From the NCBI RefSeq assembly GCF_000619845.1, contig NZ_JHUX01000003.1, positions 1,000,064 through 1,032,063 on the forward strand: 32,000 nucleotides of DNA, in the 5' to 3' direction. Position 1 is the stretch's first letter. The number at the start of each line of letters is the position of its first letter. This DNA is from Alkanindiges illinoisensis DSM 15370 (GTDB taxonomy: Bacteria > Pseudomonadota > Gammaproteobacteria > Pseudomonadales > Moraxellaceae). Below, piece after piece: positions 20,561-28,891 of this stretch. Both the position numbers and the translations under genes were made by a program. Below the pieces are notes generated by a model. That model ran no database searches. It was not told the DNA's origin and was given only the letters and a program-made list of their open reading frames with translations.

Positions 20561-21343
20561 ATGCAAATTTATCTGGCACGTAACAATGAACAGGCTGGCC
20601 CGTATAGTCTGGAACAGGTCAACCAGATGCTCGCAAGTGGACAAGTGGTTCTCACCGATCTGGCCTGGCATGAAGGCATGAGCGAATGGAAACCGCTAGG
20701 TGATCTCACCAGCGGACAACTGGTCTATCAACCTAGCCTGTCGCCGTTTCAAAATCAATCAGGAACTACAACGACGCCATCAAGCCAGCAAAATAAAAGT
20801 GCGTGGGCTAACCATAACCAGTCAGCACGCAGCACAGTGGCATTTCAACTGGCTTCTGTGAATAAGCGCATACTGGCCAAAATTATTGATATTTTATTAT
20901 TGTGGCTACCCAGCTCTTTTATTTTCAGCCAGTTTATTAGTCCTGAATTCATGCGCCAATATCAGGCAATTGCCGGGCAGTCTGTGATGCCTACGCCTAC
21001 CCAACAGGAGCAAATGCTGAACCTGCTAGGAACTTTACCCTCTACTGCATACTGGGCTGTTGGCATTTATGCCTTGCTGTACTTTGCCGGACAGGCGTTT
21101 CTGCTTTATAAAAGTGGGCAATCTGTAGGCAAAAAAGCCCTGAAAATTAAAATTATTGATGAGCAGAATGGCCAGATTCCACTGCTCACTCGCAGCTTTT
21201 TGATCCGCTCTATTGTGTTTATCCTCATTAACTACTTTGCTTTCTTTTTTATCATTATTGATTTTGCCTTTATCTTCTCTGAGCGGCGCCGCACCCTGCA
21301 TGATCGTCTGGCAAAAACGCTGGTAGTAGATGCTAATAATTAA
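20561..21343 (+). CDS. GYF_2 (DUF4339) domain and RDD-family membrane protein
   Basis: N-terminal block GPYSLEQVNQMLASGQVVLTDLAWHEGMSEWKPLGDL, a Q/S/T-rich linker, and a C-terminal RDD-type region (RILAKIIDILL...KSGQSVGKKALKIKIID...RRTLHDRLAKTLVV) with 3 TM helices. Confidence 0.75.
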   Translation: MQIYLARNNEQAGPYSLEQVNQMLASGQVVLTDLAWHEGMSEWKPLGDLTSGQLVYQPSLSPFQNQSGTTTTPSSQQNKSAWANHNQSARSTVAFQLASVNKRILAKIIDILLLWLPSSFIFSQFISPEFMRQYQAIAGQSVMPTPTQQEQMLNLLGTLPSTAYWAVGIYALLYFAGQAFLLYKSGQSVGKKALKIKIIDEQNGQIPLLTRSFLIRSIVFILINYFAFFFIIIDFAFIFSERRRTLHDRLAKTLVVDANN

Positions 21344-21404
21344 TCTAAAAACATTATCAATTGCTTTAACGGCATAGTTATTGCTTTTTAAAATATAATG
21401 AATA

Positions 21405-21454
21405 GGGATAAATTCTGCTGCTTTTTATGAGATAGCAGAATTTATCCCTTTTTT
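21405..21454 (+). terminator. Strong rho-independent terminator of the RDD gene
   Basis: Perfect 15-bp stem GGGATAAATTCTGCT 21405-21419 / AGCAGAATTTATCCC 21434-21448, then TTTTTT 21449-21454. Confidence 0.9.
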
Positions 21455-21600
21455 ACCAGACTGTGTAAACCGAAAGTCTATTGCAGGCAATGCCGCCTTA
21501 AAATAAATGATGAATTTGAGCCTGTTTGATTCACCAATGACGCTGAATCGTGCATTTTTAAGCGCTAGCCACCACTTTGGTGCAGCCAGTTGGAGAAATC

Positions 21601-22194
21601 ATGTCGTTACGCATCATCCTGATTGATGACGATATTAGTCGTGCAGCCTTTTTAACCGAAACTCTGGCCGCTGCCAGCTATACCGTGGTTGCCCAGCTTT
21701 CCGCACAGGACAATCTTGTTGACGTGGTTGAGCGACTAGATGCCGATATTGTGCTGGTAGATATGGATAACCCGGCGCGTGACATGCTGGAAAACTGCGC
21801 CCATATGACTGCACGGGCACCACGCCCCATTGTCCTGTTTACTAAACAATCTGACCCACAAACCATTAGTGATGCGGTTCGTGCCGGAGTTACGGCTTAC
21901 ATTGTGGATGGTATTGATGCCCAGCGCCTAAAACCAATTCTGGATGTGGCCATTGCCCAGTTTAAGGAGCACCAGAAACTGCTGGCAGATCTGGATGATA
22001 CCCGCACCCGTCTGGCGGATCGCCGTGACATAGACCGGGCCAAGGCCATTTTAATGCGTTTAAAACAACTAGACGAAAATGCAGCCTATGCCCTACTGCG
22101 AAAAAATGCCATGGCTAAGCGCATCACGCTAGGTGAGGCAGCGCGCACTGTACTGGCGGCAGCCGAGCTGCTTGATCATCAGGGAGAACACTAA
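21601..22194 (+). CDS. nasT: ANTAR-domain response-regulator-like antiterminator (NasT/AmiR type)
   Basis: Receiver domain (RIILIDDD...IVLVDMDNP) plus C-terminal ANTAR helices (RDIDRAKAILMRLKQLDENAAYALLRKNAMAKRITLGEAA). ATG 21601 is preceded by GGAGA; the track start is TTG 21577. Confidence 0.85.
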   Translation: MSLRIILIDDDISRAAFLTETLAAASYTVVAQLSAQDNLVDVVERLDADIVLVDMDNPARDMLENCAHMTARAPRPIVLFTKQSDPQTISDAVRAGVTAYIVDGIDAQRLKPILDVAIAQFKEHQKLLADLDDTRTRLADRRDIDRAKAILMRLKQLDENAAYALLRKNAMAKRITLGEAARTVLAAAELLDHQGEH

Positions 22195-23351
22195 TGCAAA
22201 CAAGCATGCAAGCACTGGAAAAAACTCAGGTTACTATTGGCTTTATGCCCTTGCTGGATTCTGCGCCGATTATCTGGGCATGGCATCGTGGTTTTTTTAA
22301 GCAGTTTGGCCTTGAGGTCACTTTGGCTAAGGAAGTGTCATGGGCCAGCTTGCGTGACCGTCTGGCCTATGGGGCACTGGATGCCGCCCAATGTCTGGCG
22401 CCCATGATTCTGGCAGCTAATCTGGGTGCTGATCAGGTGGGCGTGCCTTTTGTCAGTGCCCTAACCCTGTCTGAAAACTGGGCAGCCATTAGTATTTCAT
22501 CGCAGCTAGCACAGCAGCTGGATATAGACTACCAGCACAGCACCCCGCGCGACACTGCACAGGCATTGCAACAGCTGGTTCAGCAAGGCCAGACGCTTAA
22601 ACTGGCGCATGTGTTCCAGTTTTCATTGCATCATTACCTGTTGCGTGAATGGTTGTCGCTAGCTGATCTGGACGACACATCAATTGAATTTTGCACTGTG
22701 CCGCCCGCACAAATGGTTGATCACCTGCAAACTGGCCGTATTGATGGCTTTTGCGTGGGTGAACCATGGAATACCGCCGCCGTATCATCAGGCATTGGAC
22801 AGGTAGTGACCAATGCGCAAGCTATCTGGCCACATGGTGCCGACAAGGTATTAGGCGTGACGCAAGCTTGGGCACAGCGCAATCCCAATACGCATCGGGT
22901 GCTGGTGGCGGCACTATTAAAGGCACAATATGAACTGGCCACCCAGACCCACTATGCCGAACTGTTTAAAATACTCGAACAATTAAATATACTGGAACTA
23001 CCGGAAAGCTGGCTAAATGCTGCGCTAGATGGCTTTAGTGCCGGTAATCCAGCACGCTTCCTGACGGGGTTAAACGCACGGCCCAAGCCAGCAGATTATG
23101 CATGGGTCAGCTTGCAAATTATTCGTTGGCAACAATGGCAGCAGCCGATTAATCTGGCCAGCCTGTCGCAAGAATCGTGTGATATGGCCTGCTTTGATGA
23201 AGCCTATGCGTTATTGAGCCACCAGGAAAAGCTGCCTGAACCGTTAAGTCAATCTAGTTTGCAAAAACATACCATTGATATCCGGCAGGCAATCAGTTAT
23301 TTAATCAGCAAAGGCTGGACTCATGAGGCCGCTGAAAAAATATTGATGTGA
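22194..23351 (+). CDS. nasS: NasS-like cytoplasmic nitrate/nitrite sensor (NrtA/SsuA-type periplasmic-binding-protein fold, no signal peptide)
   Basis: VTIGFMPLLDSAPI...GALDAAQCLAPM...DGFCVGEPWN blocks typical of NrtA/NMT1-like binders. No signal peptide. The start overlaps the nasT stop (TAATG), with AGGGAGA upstream. Confidence 0.75.
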   Translation: MQTSMQALEKTQVTIGFMPLLDSAPIIWAWHRGFFKQFGLEVTLAKEVSWASLRDRLAYGALDAAQCLAPMILAANLGADQVGVPFVSALTLSENWAAISISSQLAQQLDIDYQHSTPRDTAQALQQLVQQGQTLKLAHVFQFSLHHYLLREWLSLADLDDTSIEFCTVPPAQMVDHLQTGRIDGFCVGEPWNTAAVSSGIGQVVTNAQAIWPHGADKVLGVTQAWAQRNPNTHRVLVAALLKAQYELATQTHYAELFKILEQLNILELPESWLNAALDGFSAGNPARFLTGLNARPKPADYAWVSLQIIRWQQWQQPINLASLSQESCDMACFDEAYALLSHQEKLPEPLSQSSLQKHTIDIRQAISYLISKGWTHEAAEKILM

Positions 23352-23442
23352 TAAGCTTGATCTGATAACAAAGAAAGTATTGTCTGTTGTTAACTTCACT
23401 TGTTTAATTTCCCAACATTTAACCTATAAACAGAGTAAATAA

Positions 23443-24456
23443 ATGAAATTATTAAAAACATCACTTGCCTTAATGTTGATTGGCCTAAGTACCTGGGGAC
23501 AAGCGGTAACCCCGTTAAATCCCCAAAACGCCAACAATCCGCCTTTGGCCACTAAACAGGTGGCTGGTTTTTATCATATTCCACTGGATCGTTTTCAGGT
23601 GACTGCCCTGTATGATGGTTATGTGAACTTACCGACCACTATTTTTAAAGGGGAAAAACCGGCCACACTGGAAAATTTGTTAACGTCTGGCTATATTGAC
23701 TACAAGAACGGCATTCAGACATCCGTTAATGCATATCTGGTTAATACAGGTTCGCATCTGGTGCTCATTGATAGTGGGGCTGCCAAGTGTTTTGGCGATG
23801 CCTTAGGCTCCATTGAAGAGAATATTCAAGCTGCCGGCTATCGCCCAGACCAGATTGATACCGTATTACTGACGCATTTACACCCTGATCATGCGTGTGG
23901 CATTAGTCCTGTTGAAGGGCAAAAAGCATTTAAAAATTCGACCGTCTATGTCAATAAACTCGAGGCTGACTTCTGGTTAAATCCAGCTAACCTGCAAAAA
24001 TATCCTCCAGCAAAACAGGCGATGTTCAAGGATGCCTTTGCAACGACTGCTCGCGTGCTCAAGCCGTATCAGGACAGCCAGCAATATAAAACCTATCAGG
24101 CTGGCGATACAATTATTGATGGCATTAAAGTTATTCCCACCTATGGTCATACCGTAGGACATACCAGCTATCTGGTAGAGTCGGGTCAGCAACAGCTACT
24201 GGTTCTGGGTGATGTGGTACATAATCATACCTTGCAGTTCCAGCGTCCTGATATTAATCTGGATTTTGACTTTGATGCCAAACAGGCCATTCAAATTCGC
24301 CAGCAACAATTCGGTGAAGCGGCCAAAACAGGTCGTCTGGTTGCTGGTGCACATCTGCCATTTCCGGGTATTGGCCACATTCGTCAGCTTGGCAAAAACC
24401 GCTTTGAATGGCTCCCGGTTGACTATAGTCCGGTGCTAAAACCTGCCCAGCCTTAA
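23443..24456 (+). CDS. Secreted metallo-beta-lactamase-fold hydrolase, methyl-parathion-hydrolase (MPH)-like
   Basis: Signal peptide MKLLKTSLALMLIGLSTWGQA; HxHxDH (THLHPDHACG); TYGHTVGHTSY; LVLGDVVH; AHLPFPGIGHIR. These blocks, plus GFYHIPLDRFQVTALYDG and EADFWL, closely parallel the Pseudomonas MPH sequence as I recall it. Confidence 0.8.
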   Translation: MKLLKTSLALMLIGLSTWGQAVTPLNPQNANNPPLATKQVAGFYHIPLDRFQVTALYDGYVNLPTTIFKGEKPATLENLLTSGYIDYKNGIQTSVNAYLVNTGSHLVLIDSGAAKCFGDALGSIEENIQAAGYRPDQIDTVLLTHLHPDHACGISPVEGQKAFKNSTVYVNKLEADFWLNPANLQKYPPAKQAMFKDAFATTARVLKPYQDSQQYKTYQAGDTIIDGIKVIPTYGHTVGHTSYLVESGQQQLLVLGDVVHNHTLQFQRPDINLDFDFDAKQAIQIRQQQFGEAAKTGRLVAGAHLPFPGIGHIRQLGKNRFEWLPVDYSPVLKPAQP

Positions 24457-24485
24457 CTTTACGTAACAGACACTCAAACACATGC

Positions 24486-25130
24486 TCAAGGTAAGTGAAT
24501 CAGTTTGCCTTGGGCCATGTGCAGAATATCTGCCTGTAGGTATTCCAGTTCCTGTGGCTGATGGGTCACATAAATCATGGGAATCTGGATTTCATCGCGG
24601 ATACGGGCAAAAAACGGTAGGATCTGCTGTTTAAGCCTAGTATCTAGTGCAGATAATGGTTCATCCAGTAGCAGCAATTGGGGCGAATATAACAAGGCCC
24701 GGCCTAGTGCCACCCGCTGCGCTTCCCCGCCCGATAACTGGGTAATCCGGCGTTCAATCAAGGCTTCAATGTCTAGCAGTTCTACAATTTGTGCCAGCTC
24801 AAAGCGCCGCTGGATAGGTTTTAAATGCCGATAGCCATATAACAGGTTTTGTCGCACACTTAAATGTGGAAACAACTGCCCATCCTGAAACACCAGTCCC
24901 ACATGGCGCCGATAACTGGGGATAAACTGCCGGGTCTGCTGGTCAAAAAAAACTTGCTCATTAAACACAATACGGCCTTGCTGAGGGGTGAGCAGTCCCG
25001 CCAGTACTTTCAGCAAAGTACTCTTGCCAGCGCCTGAAGCACCCAGAATTCCAGAAACCTGCGCCTGCGTTTGCAGCGCAATGTTTAGCTCAAATTGCCC
25101 ACGCCGATAGCTAAAATCACAACTGAGCAC
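24486..25130 (-). CDS. modC: Molybdate ABC transporter ATP-binding protein, short form without a C-terminal TOBE domain
   Basis: Walker A GASGAGKST, signature LSGGEAQR, Walker B LLLLDEP, H-loop VTHQ. Only 214 aa and ends right after the NBD. GTG start overlaps the modB end by 14 nt. Confidence 0.85.
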   Translation of the reverse strand: MLSCDFSYRRGQFELNIALQTQAQVSGILGASGAGKSTLLKVLAGLLTPQQGRIVFNEQVFFDQQTRQFIPSYRRHVGLVFQDGQLFPHLSVRQNLLYGYRHLKPIQRRFELAQIVELLDIEALIERRITQLSGGEAQRVALGRALLYSPQLLLLDEPLSALDTRLKQQILPFFARIRDEIQIPMIYVTHQPQELEYLQADILHMAQGKLIHLP

Positions 25131-25836
25131 GGGACAGGTATCCTATTTTTTGCTGATAGCGCTGGGTAATCCAGTAATTGGCCAGTAGCGCAGCAAACGC
25201 CAGCAGCATGGACAACACTACCAGCCGCGCGGCTGCAGTTTCGCCACCCGGCTGCTGTATGAATGAATAGATTGCCAGCGGAATAGTGCGGGTTTCACCG
25301 GGGATATTACCAACAAACGTCATGGTTGCACCAAACTCGCCCAGACTGCGGCTAAAACACAGGATGCTGCCAATCAAAATACCCGAGCTGGCGAGTGGCA
25401 AGCTAATAGTTAAAAATACCTGCCACGGTTTTGCCCCTAGCGTTGCCGCAGCTTGTTCCAACCGGTGATCTACCATTTGAAAAGCCAGCTTGATAGGCTG
25501 CACCATGAGTGGAAAAGCCATAATGATTGACGCCAGCACTGCCCCTTTCCAGTTGAATGCCAGTTGAATGCTAAACCATTGCTGCAAATATTGCCCAATA
25601 AATCCCTGTGTGCCAAAAGCCACCAGCAGTAAATAACCCAGCACCACTGGTGGTAATACCATTGGCAATTGCAAGGCAGCTTCGACAATAAACTTGCCAC
25701 GAAACTGGTAACGCGCCAAAACCCATGCCAGCAACAGGGCAAAAGGCAGGCTCATGAGGGTAGCAACCAGCGCAATTTTGGCTGACAGATACAGCGCGCT
25801 CAGTTCCTCAGGCGTTAGCAGGTTAGGACTTGGCAT
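25117..25836 (-). CDS. modB: Molybdate ABC transporter permease
   Basis: 239 aa, 5-6 TM helices, EAA-type loop (LEQAAATLGAKPWQVFLTISLPLA). Sits between modA and modC. Confidence 0.9.
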   Translation of the reverse strand: MPSPNLLTPEELSALYLSAKIALVATLMSLPFALLLAWVLARYQFRGKFIVEAALQLPMVLPPVVLGYLLLVAFGTQGFIGQYLQQWFSIQLAFNWKGAVLASIIMAFPLMVQPIKLAFQMVDHRLEQAAATLGAKPWQVFLTISLPLASSGILIGSILCFSRSLGEFGATMTFVGNIPGETRTIPLAIYSFIQQPGGETAAARLVVLSMLLAFAALLANYWITQRYQQKIGYLSRAQL

Positions 25837-25884
25837 GGCTGATCACAAACGTTGGAAGAGTCTTTAAGCTATGGCTAACGTAGC

Positions 25885-26658
25885 TCATGGTTTTACCCAA
25901 AAACCGTAGTGCTTAAAGGTGGCGCGCGCTGTTGGGCTGCTTTTTAGATATTGCAGGAATTTCTGCGCATCACGACTGGATTGCCCCTGAGTGGTTAACG
26001 CCACAGGGTAAACTATCGGTTGGTGCGCATTTTCTGGAAAAACCCCCACCACACTTACTTTTTTGCTGATTTTGGCATCGGTCGCATACACAATGCCTGC
26101 AGCACATTCGCCGCGTTCTACAAATGCCAGTGCACCACGTACATCATCCGTTTCTACAATACGGCCTTGCAGGCTGTCCAACCAGTTCAGTTTCATCAGG
26201 CTTTGCTTGGCATAAATTCCGGCAGGGACAGATTCTAGCTGTCCGGTACATAAATGCCCCTTAAATGCCTGAGCAAATTTAAATGAAGACTGCGCTTTGA
26301 AAGCAAATGTGCGCCCTTTTGGTGCAATTACCACAAGCTGGTTGCTCAATAGACTAACTGGTTGACTAGCTGCCATTTTGTTTTTATCCACCAGATAACT
26401 CATCCATTTTTCATCGGCAGAAAAGAAAAGATCAGCAGGCGCACCCGCTTCCACCTGTTTGGCCAACAAGGATGATGCACCAAATACTGGCGTCACCGTA
26501 ATTTGAGGATTAGCCTTTTCAAACTGCTTTGCAATATCCCCAAGCGCATTGGTCAGGCTGGCTGCAGCATAAATCTTGATATTTTCTGCCTGAGCCATAC
26601 TGGAAAAACTACCACTCACCATGAGAGTAGCTATAATTAACTGTTTGAACTTATTCAT
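25885..26658 (-). CDS. modA: Molybdate ABC transporter periplasmic binding protein
   Basis: Signal peptide MNKFKQLIIATLMVSGSFSSMAQA and ModA blocks (IYAAASLTNAL, VFGASSLLAKQVEAGAPADLFFSAD, AGIVYATDA). Confidence 0.9.
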   Translation of the reverse strand: MNKFKQLIIATLMVSGSFSSMAQAENIKIYAAASLTNALGDIAKQFEKANPQITVTPVFGASSLLAKQVEAGAPADLFFSADEKWMSYLVDKNKMAASQPVSLLSNQLVVIAPKGRTFAFKAQSSFKFAQAFKGHLCTGQLESVPAGIYAKQSLMKLNWLDSLQGRIVETDDVRGALAFVERGECAAGIVYATDAKISKKVSVVGVFPENAHQPIVYPVALTTQGQSSRDAQKFLQYLKSSPTARATFKHYGFWVKP

Positions 26659-26727
26659 TATTTAGCTCGGAATATAAACTATTGTTTAAAGCTGTGTCTT
26701 TGGTTTATTTGCAAACAGGCTAGAGTT

Positions 26728-26751
26728 CGTCATATCCCCAAAAACATAACG
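26728..26751 (-). promoter_or_regulatory. ModE-operator-like palindrome upstream of modA
   Basis: CGTCATAT-CCCCAAAA-ACATAACG. The E. coli modA operator as I recall it is CGTTATAT-N8-ACATAACG (TATAT-N7-TAYAT core). Same arm lengths and spacing, with 1 mismatch in the left arm. Lies 70-93 nt upstream of modA ATG 26658. Confidence 0.55.
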
Positions 26752-26809
26752 ATTTTTTAAAATAGAGATATCCAACTGATTTCACAACTGTTATTTTGCA
26801 AAAAATTGA

Positions 26810-27196
26810 TTAGGGCTTTAATAAATCACCCCATTGCTGTTGATAAACCGAGCTTTGTTGCAACAGTTCCTGCTCCATTTTCCGAAATAAATCCAGAACC
26901 TGTACCCCGGTTTGGGTAAGAACTGCACCTCCACCCTGACTACCGCCCGTTTGAGTTTCTACCAAGGATGCTGCAAAACAGCTATTCATGGTATCAACCA
27001 GTTGCCATGCACGACGATAGCTCATGCCCATTTGTTTGGCAGCTTGTGTAATGGAACCAGTTTGGGCAATAGCTTCCAGCAGATCAGCCTTACCCGGCCC
27101 CATGGCAATTTTGTCCTGATGCATGAGGCGCAGGCGCAGTGCAATAGGGGAAAGTGCCTCAACAGTGCTTGTAGACAGCATAGAATCGTTTGGCAT
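26810..27196 (-). CDS. ModE N-terminal-domain-only winged-helix regulator (no Mop/di-Mop domain)
   Basis: GPGKADLLEAIAQTGSITQAAKQMGMSYRRAWQLVDTMN...ETQTGGSQGGGAVLTQTG aligns by eye with the E. coli ModE DNA-binding domain. The protein ends ~25 aa after it. ATG 27196 is preceded by AGGAG; the track start is at 27259. Confidence 0.75.
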   Translation of the reverse strand: MPNDSMLSTSTVEALSPIALRLRLMHQDKIAMGPGKADLLEAIAQTGSITQAAKQMGMSYRRAWQLVDTMNSCFAASLVETQTGGSQGGGAVLTQTGVQVLDLFRKMEQELLQQSSVYQQQWGDLLKP

Positions 27197-27373
27197 GCTG
27201 ATGTTTTGCTCCTGATTTTCCCGAATACGAATACGGACTGTTCCAGATTGATGCACCAATGTAGTGATTTATAGTCATGCATGCCATTTATAATATCTAA
27301 ATAACATGATCATTCCTATTCAAGCTGATAGTAAACAATTAAATAGTATTTAAAATTCAAAAGTTTGAATTGT

Positions 27374-27388
27374 TGGCACACCCTTTGC
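27374..27388 (+). promoter_or_regulatory. Sigma54 (RpoN) -24/-12 promoter for the narK-nirB-nirD operon
   Basis: TGGCAC-ACCCT-TTGC matches the TGGCAC-N5-TTGC consensus exactly. It lies 127 nt upstream of transporter ATG 27515, and nitrate-assimilation operons are typically NtrC/sigma54 dependent. Confidence 0.65.
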
Positions 27389-27514
27389 TTAATTACTACC
27401 AACATGATCAGCGTTGAGCATGTTAAAGAATTTTTTGCGGTCAACGACGCCCGCACTTCTGTTTGGCTATTTTCAATTTGTATTGAAAAACCATCAAGGT
27501 TTTCAGGAGTTGCT

Positions 27515-28864
27515 ATGTCGTCCAAGGCCACATCAATCGACTTGTTTAGTTTCAAAACTCCAGCCATGCGTGCGTTTCATTTAAGCTGGCTGGCTTTCTT
27601 TGTGTGCTTCTTTGCATGGTTTGCCTGTGCACCGCTCATGCCGGTGATCAAGGGTGAATTTGGCCTCACCAAAGACCAGATTGCCAATATTAATATTGCT
27701 GCTGTTGCCATCACCATTGTGGTACGCATTATTGTTGGCCCACTGTGTGATCGTTTTGGCCCCCGCAAAACCTACACTGCATTGCTGCTATTGGGCTGTA
27801 TCCCGGTATTTGGGGTTGCCGCTTCACAAAGCTATGAATCCTTTTTGTTCTTTCGCCTACTGATTGGTGCCATTGGTGCCAGCTTTGTCATTACCCAGTA
27901 TCACACGTCCATCATGTTTGCACCCAATGTAGTTGGTACAGCCAATGCGGCTTCTGCGGGTTGGGGTAATGCCGGTGGTGGTGCAACCCAGGCACTCATG
28001 CCGCTGATTTTGGCAGCTATTGTGATGTTTGGTGTTGAGCAGGCTATGGGCTGGCGCATTGCCCTGCTGGTCCCTGGAATACTGATGATTATTGTAGGCA
28101 TCATGTACTGGAAGCTCACTCAGGACTGTCCGCAAGGCAACTATAAAGAACTGCGCGATCAAGGTGTTGAAGTGGGTAGTGGCAAGAAAAGTGGCATAGC
28201 CGTGCTGTTGACTGCGGCCAAGAACTACCGCGTGTGGATGCTGTTTATCACTTATGGCGCCTGCTTTGGTGTAGAAATCTTCATTCATACCATTGCTGCC
28301 AGCTACTACGTTGACCAGTTTAACTTTAGCCTGAAAGAAGCCGGTATGGCTGCAGGGATCTTTGGTTTGCTGGCATTGTTTGCCCGTGCACTGGGCGGCT
28401 ATGTATCGGACAAGATTGCAATTAAAAAAGGGCTGGATGGCCGTACCTTTGTCCTGTTTATCCTGATTCTGCTGGAAGGGTTTGGCCTGCTGCTGTTTTC
28501 CAACATGCAAACACCGCTGCTTGCCATTCTGGCAATGACTTTCTTTGGCCTGTTTACTCATATGTCCTGTGGTGCAACTTATGCGCTGGTGCCCTTTATT
28601 GACCGCAATTCACTGGGCGGTGTGGCTGGCATTATTGGTGCCGGTGGCAATGTGGGTGCAGTGGCGGCAGGCTTTTTACTCAAAGGCATGCTGGACATGC
28701 AATCTACCCTGCACCTGATCGGCATTTTGGTGATGGTTGCTTCGGTATGTGCCATTGCCGTGCGCTTTAGTGTTGCCCACAAACAAAAAGAACAAGCGCT
28801 GTTTGATGAAGCCATGCTGGCCAATCAGGCAAACAGTGATTTTAACAAACAGCAAGTTGCTTAA
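27515..28864 (+). CDS. narK: NarK/NasA-family (NNP) MFS nitrate/nitrite transporter
   Basis: N-terminus MSSKATSIDLFSFKTPAMRAFHLSWLAFFVCFF; NNP signatures ASAGWGNAGGG and IIGAGGNVGAV; 12 TM helices. CAGGAG lies 5 nt upstream of ATG 27515. The track ORF (TTG 27365) runs through the promoter. Confidence 0.9.
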   Translation: MSSKATSIDLFSFKTPAMRAFHLSWLAFFVCFFAWFACAPLMPVIKGEFGLTKDQIANINIAAVAITIVVRIIVGPLCDRFGPRKTYTALLLLGCIPVFGVAASQSYESFLFFRLLIGAIGASFVITQYHTSIMFAPNVVGTANAASAGWGNAGGGATQALMPLILAAIVMFGVEQAMGWRIALLVPGILMIIVGIMYWKLTQDCPQGNYKELRDQGVEVGSGKKSGIAVLLTAAKNYRVWMLFITYGACFGVEIFIHTIAASYYVDQFNFSLKEAGMAAGIFGLLALFARALGGYVSDKIAIKKGLDGRTFVLFILILLEGFGLLLFSNMQTPLLAILAMTFFGLFTHMSCGATYALVPFIDRNSLGGVAGIIGAGGNVGAVAAGFLLKGMLDMQSTLHLIGILVMVASVCAIAVRFSVAHKQKEQALFDEAMLANQANSDFNKQQVA

Positions 28865-28891
28865 CTCAAGCCATACATAGAGGAAAATGAC

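Noticed and set aside
21578-21593. Sigma54-like TGGTGC-N-GTTGG upstream of nasT
   Set aside because: The spacing is off by one, the -12 GC is replaced by GG, and the motif ends only ~8 nt before the nasT ATG, overlapping its RBS.
26659-26809. Possible Moco riboswitch or leader upstream of modA
   Set aside because: I could not find the conserved Moco-motif stems or sequence blocks. The region is better explained by the ModE-type operator at 26728-26751.
27365-27514. 50-codon N-terminal extension of the transporter ORF (TTG 27365, or ATG 27404)
   Set aside because: The extension would run through the sigma54 -24/-12 element. ATG 27515 has a CAGGAG RBS, and the NarK-family N-terminus begins there. 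The open frame upstream is coincidental.
27399-27514. Canonical ANTAR dual-hexaloop RNA target in the narK leader
   Set aside because: Every ANNGNN hexamer I checked (AGCGTT, AACGAC, AAAGAA, AAGGTT, ATTGAA) lacks flanking complementarity of more than 2 bp. It is reported as a negative result in the findings rather than as a feature.
27857-28561. 234-aa ORF antisense to the nitrate transporter gene
   Set aside because: It lies entirely within and opposite a well-supported MFS gene. The composition is Q/K/H/C-rich and low-complexity, it has no RBS, and it is typical of a shadow ORF in a codon-biased gene.
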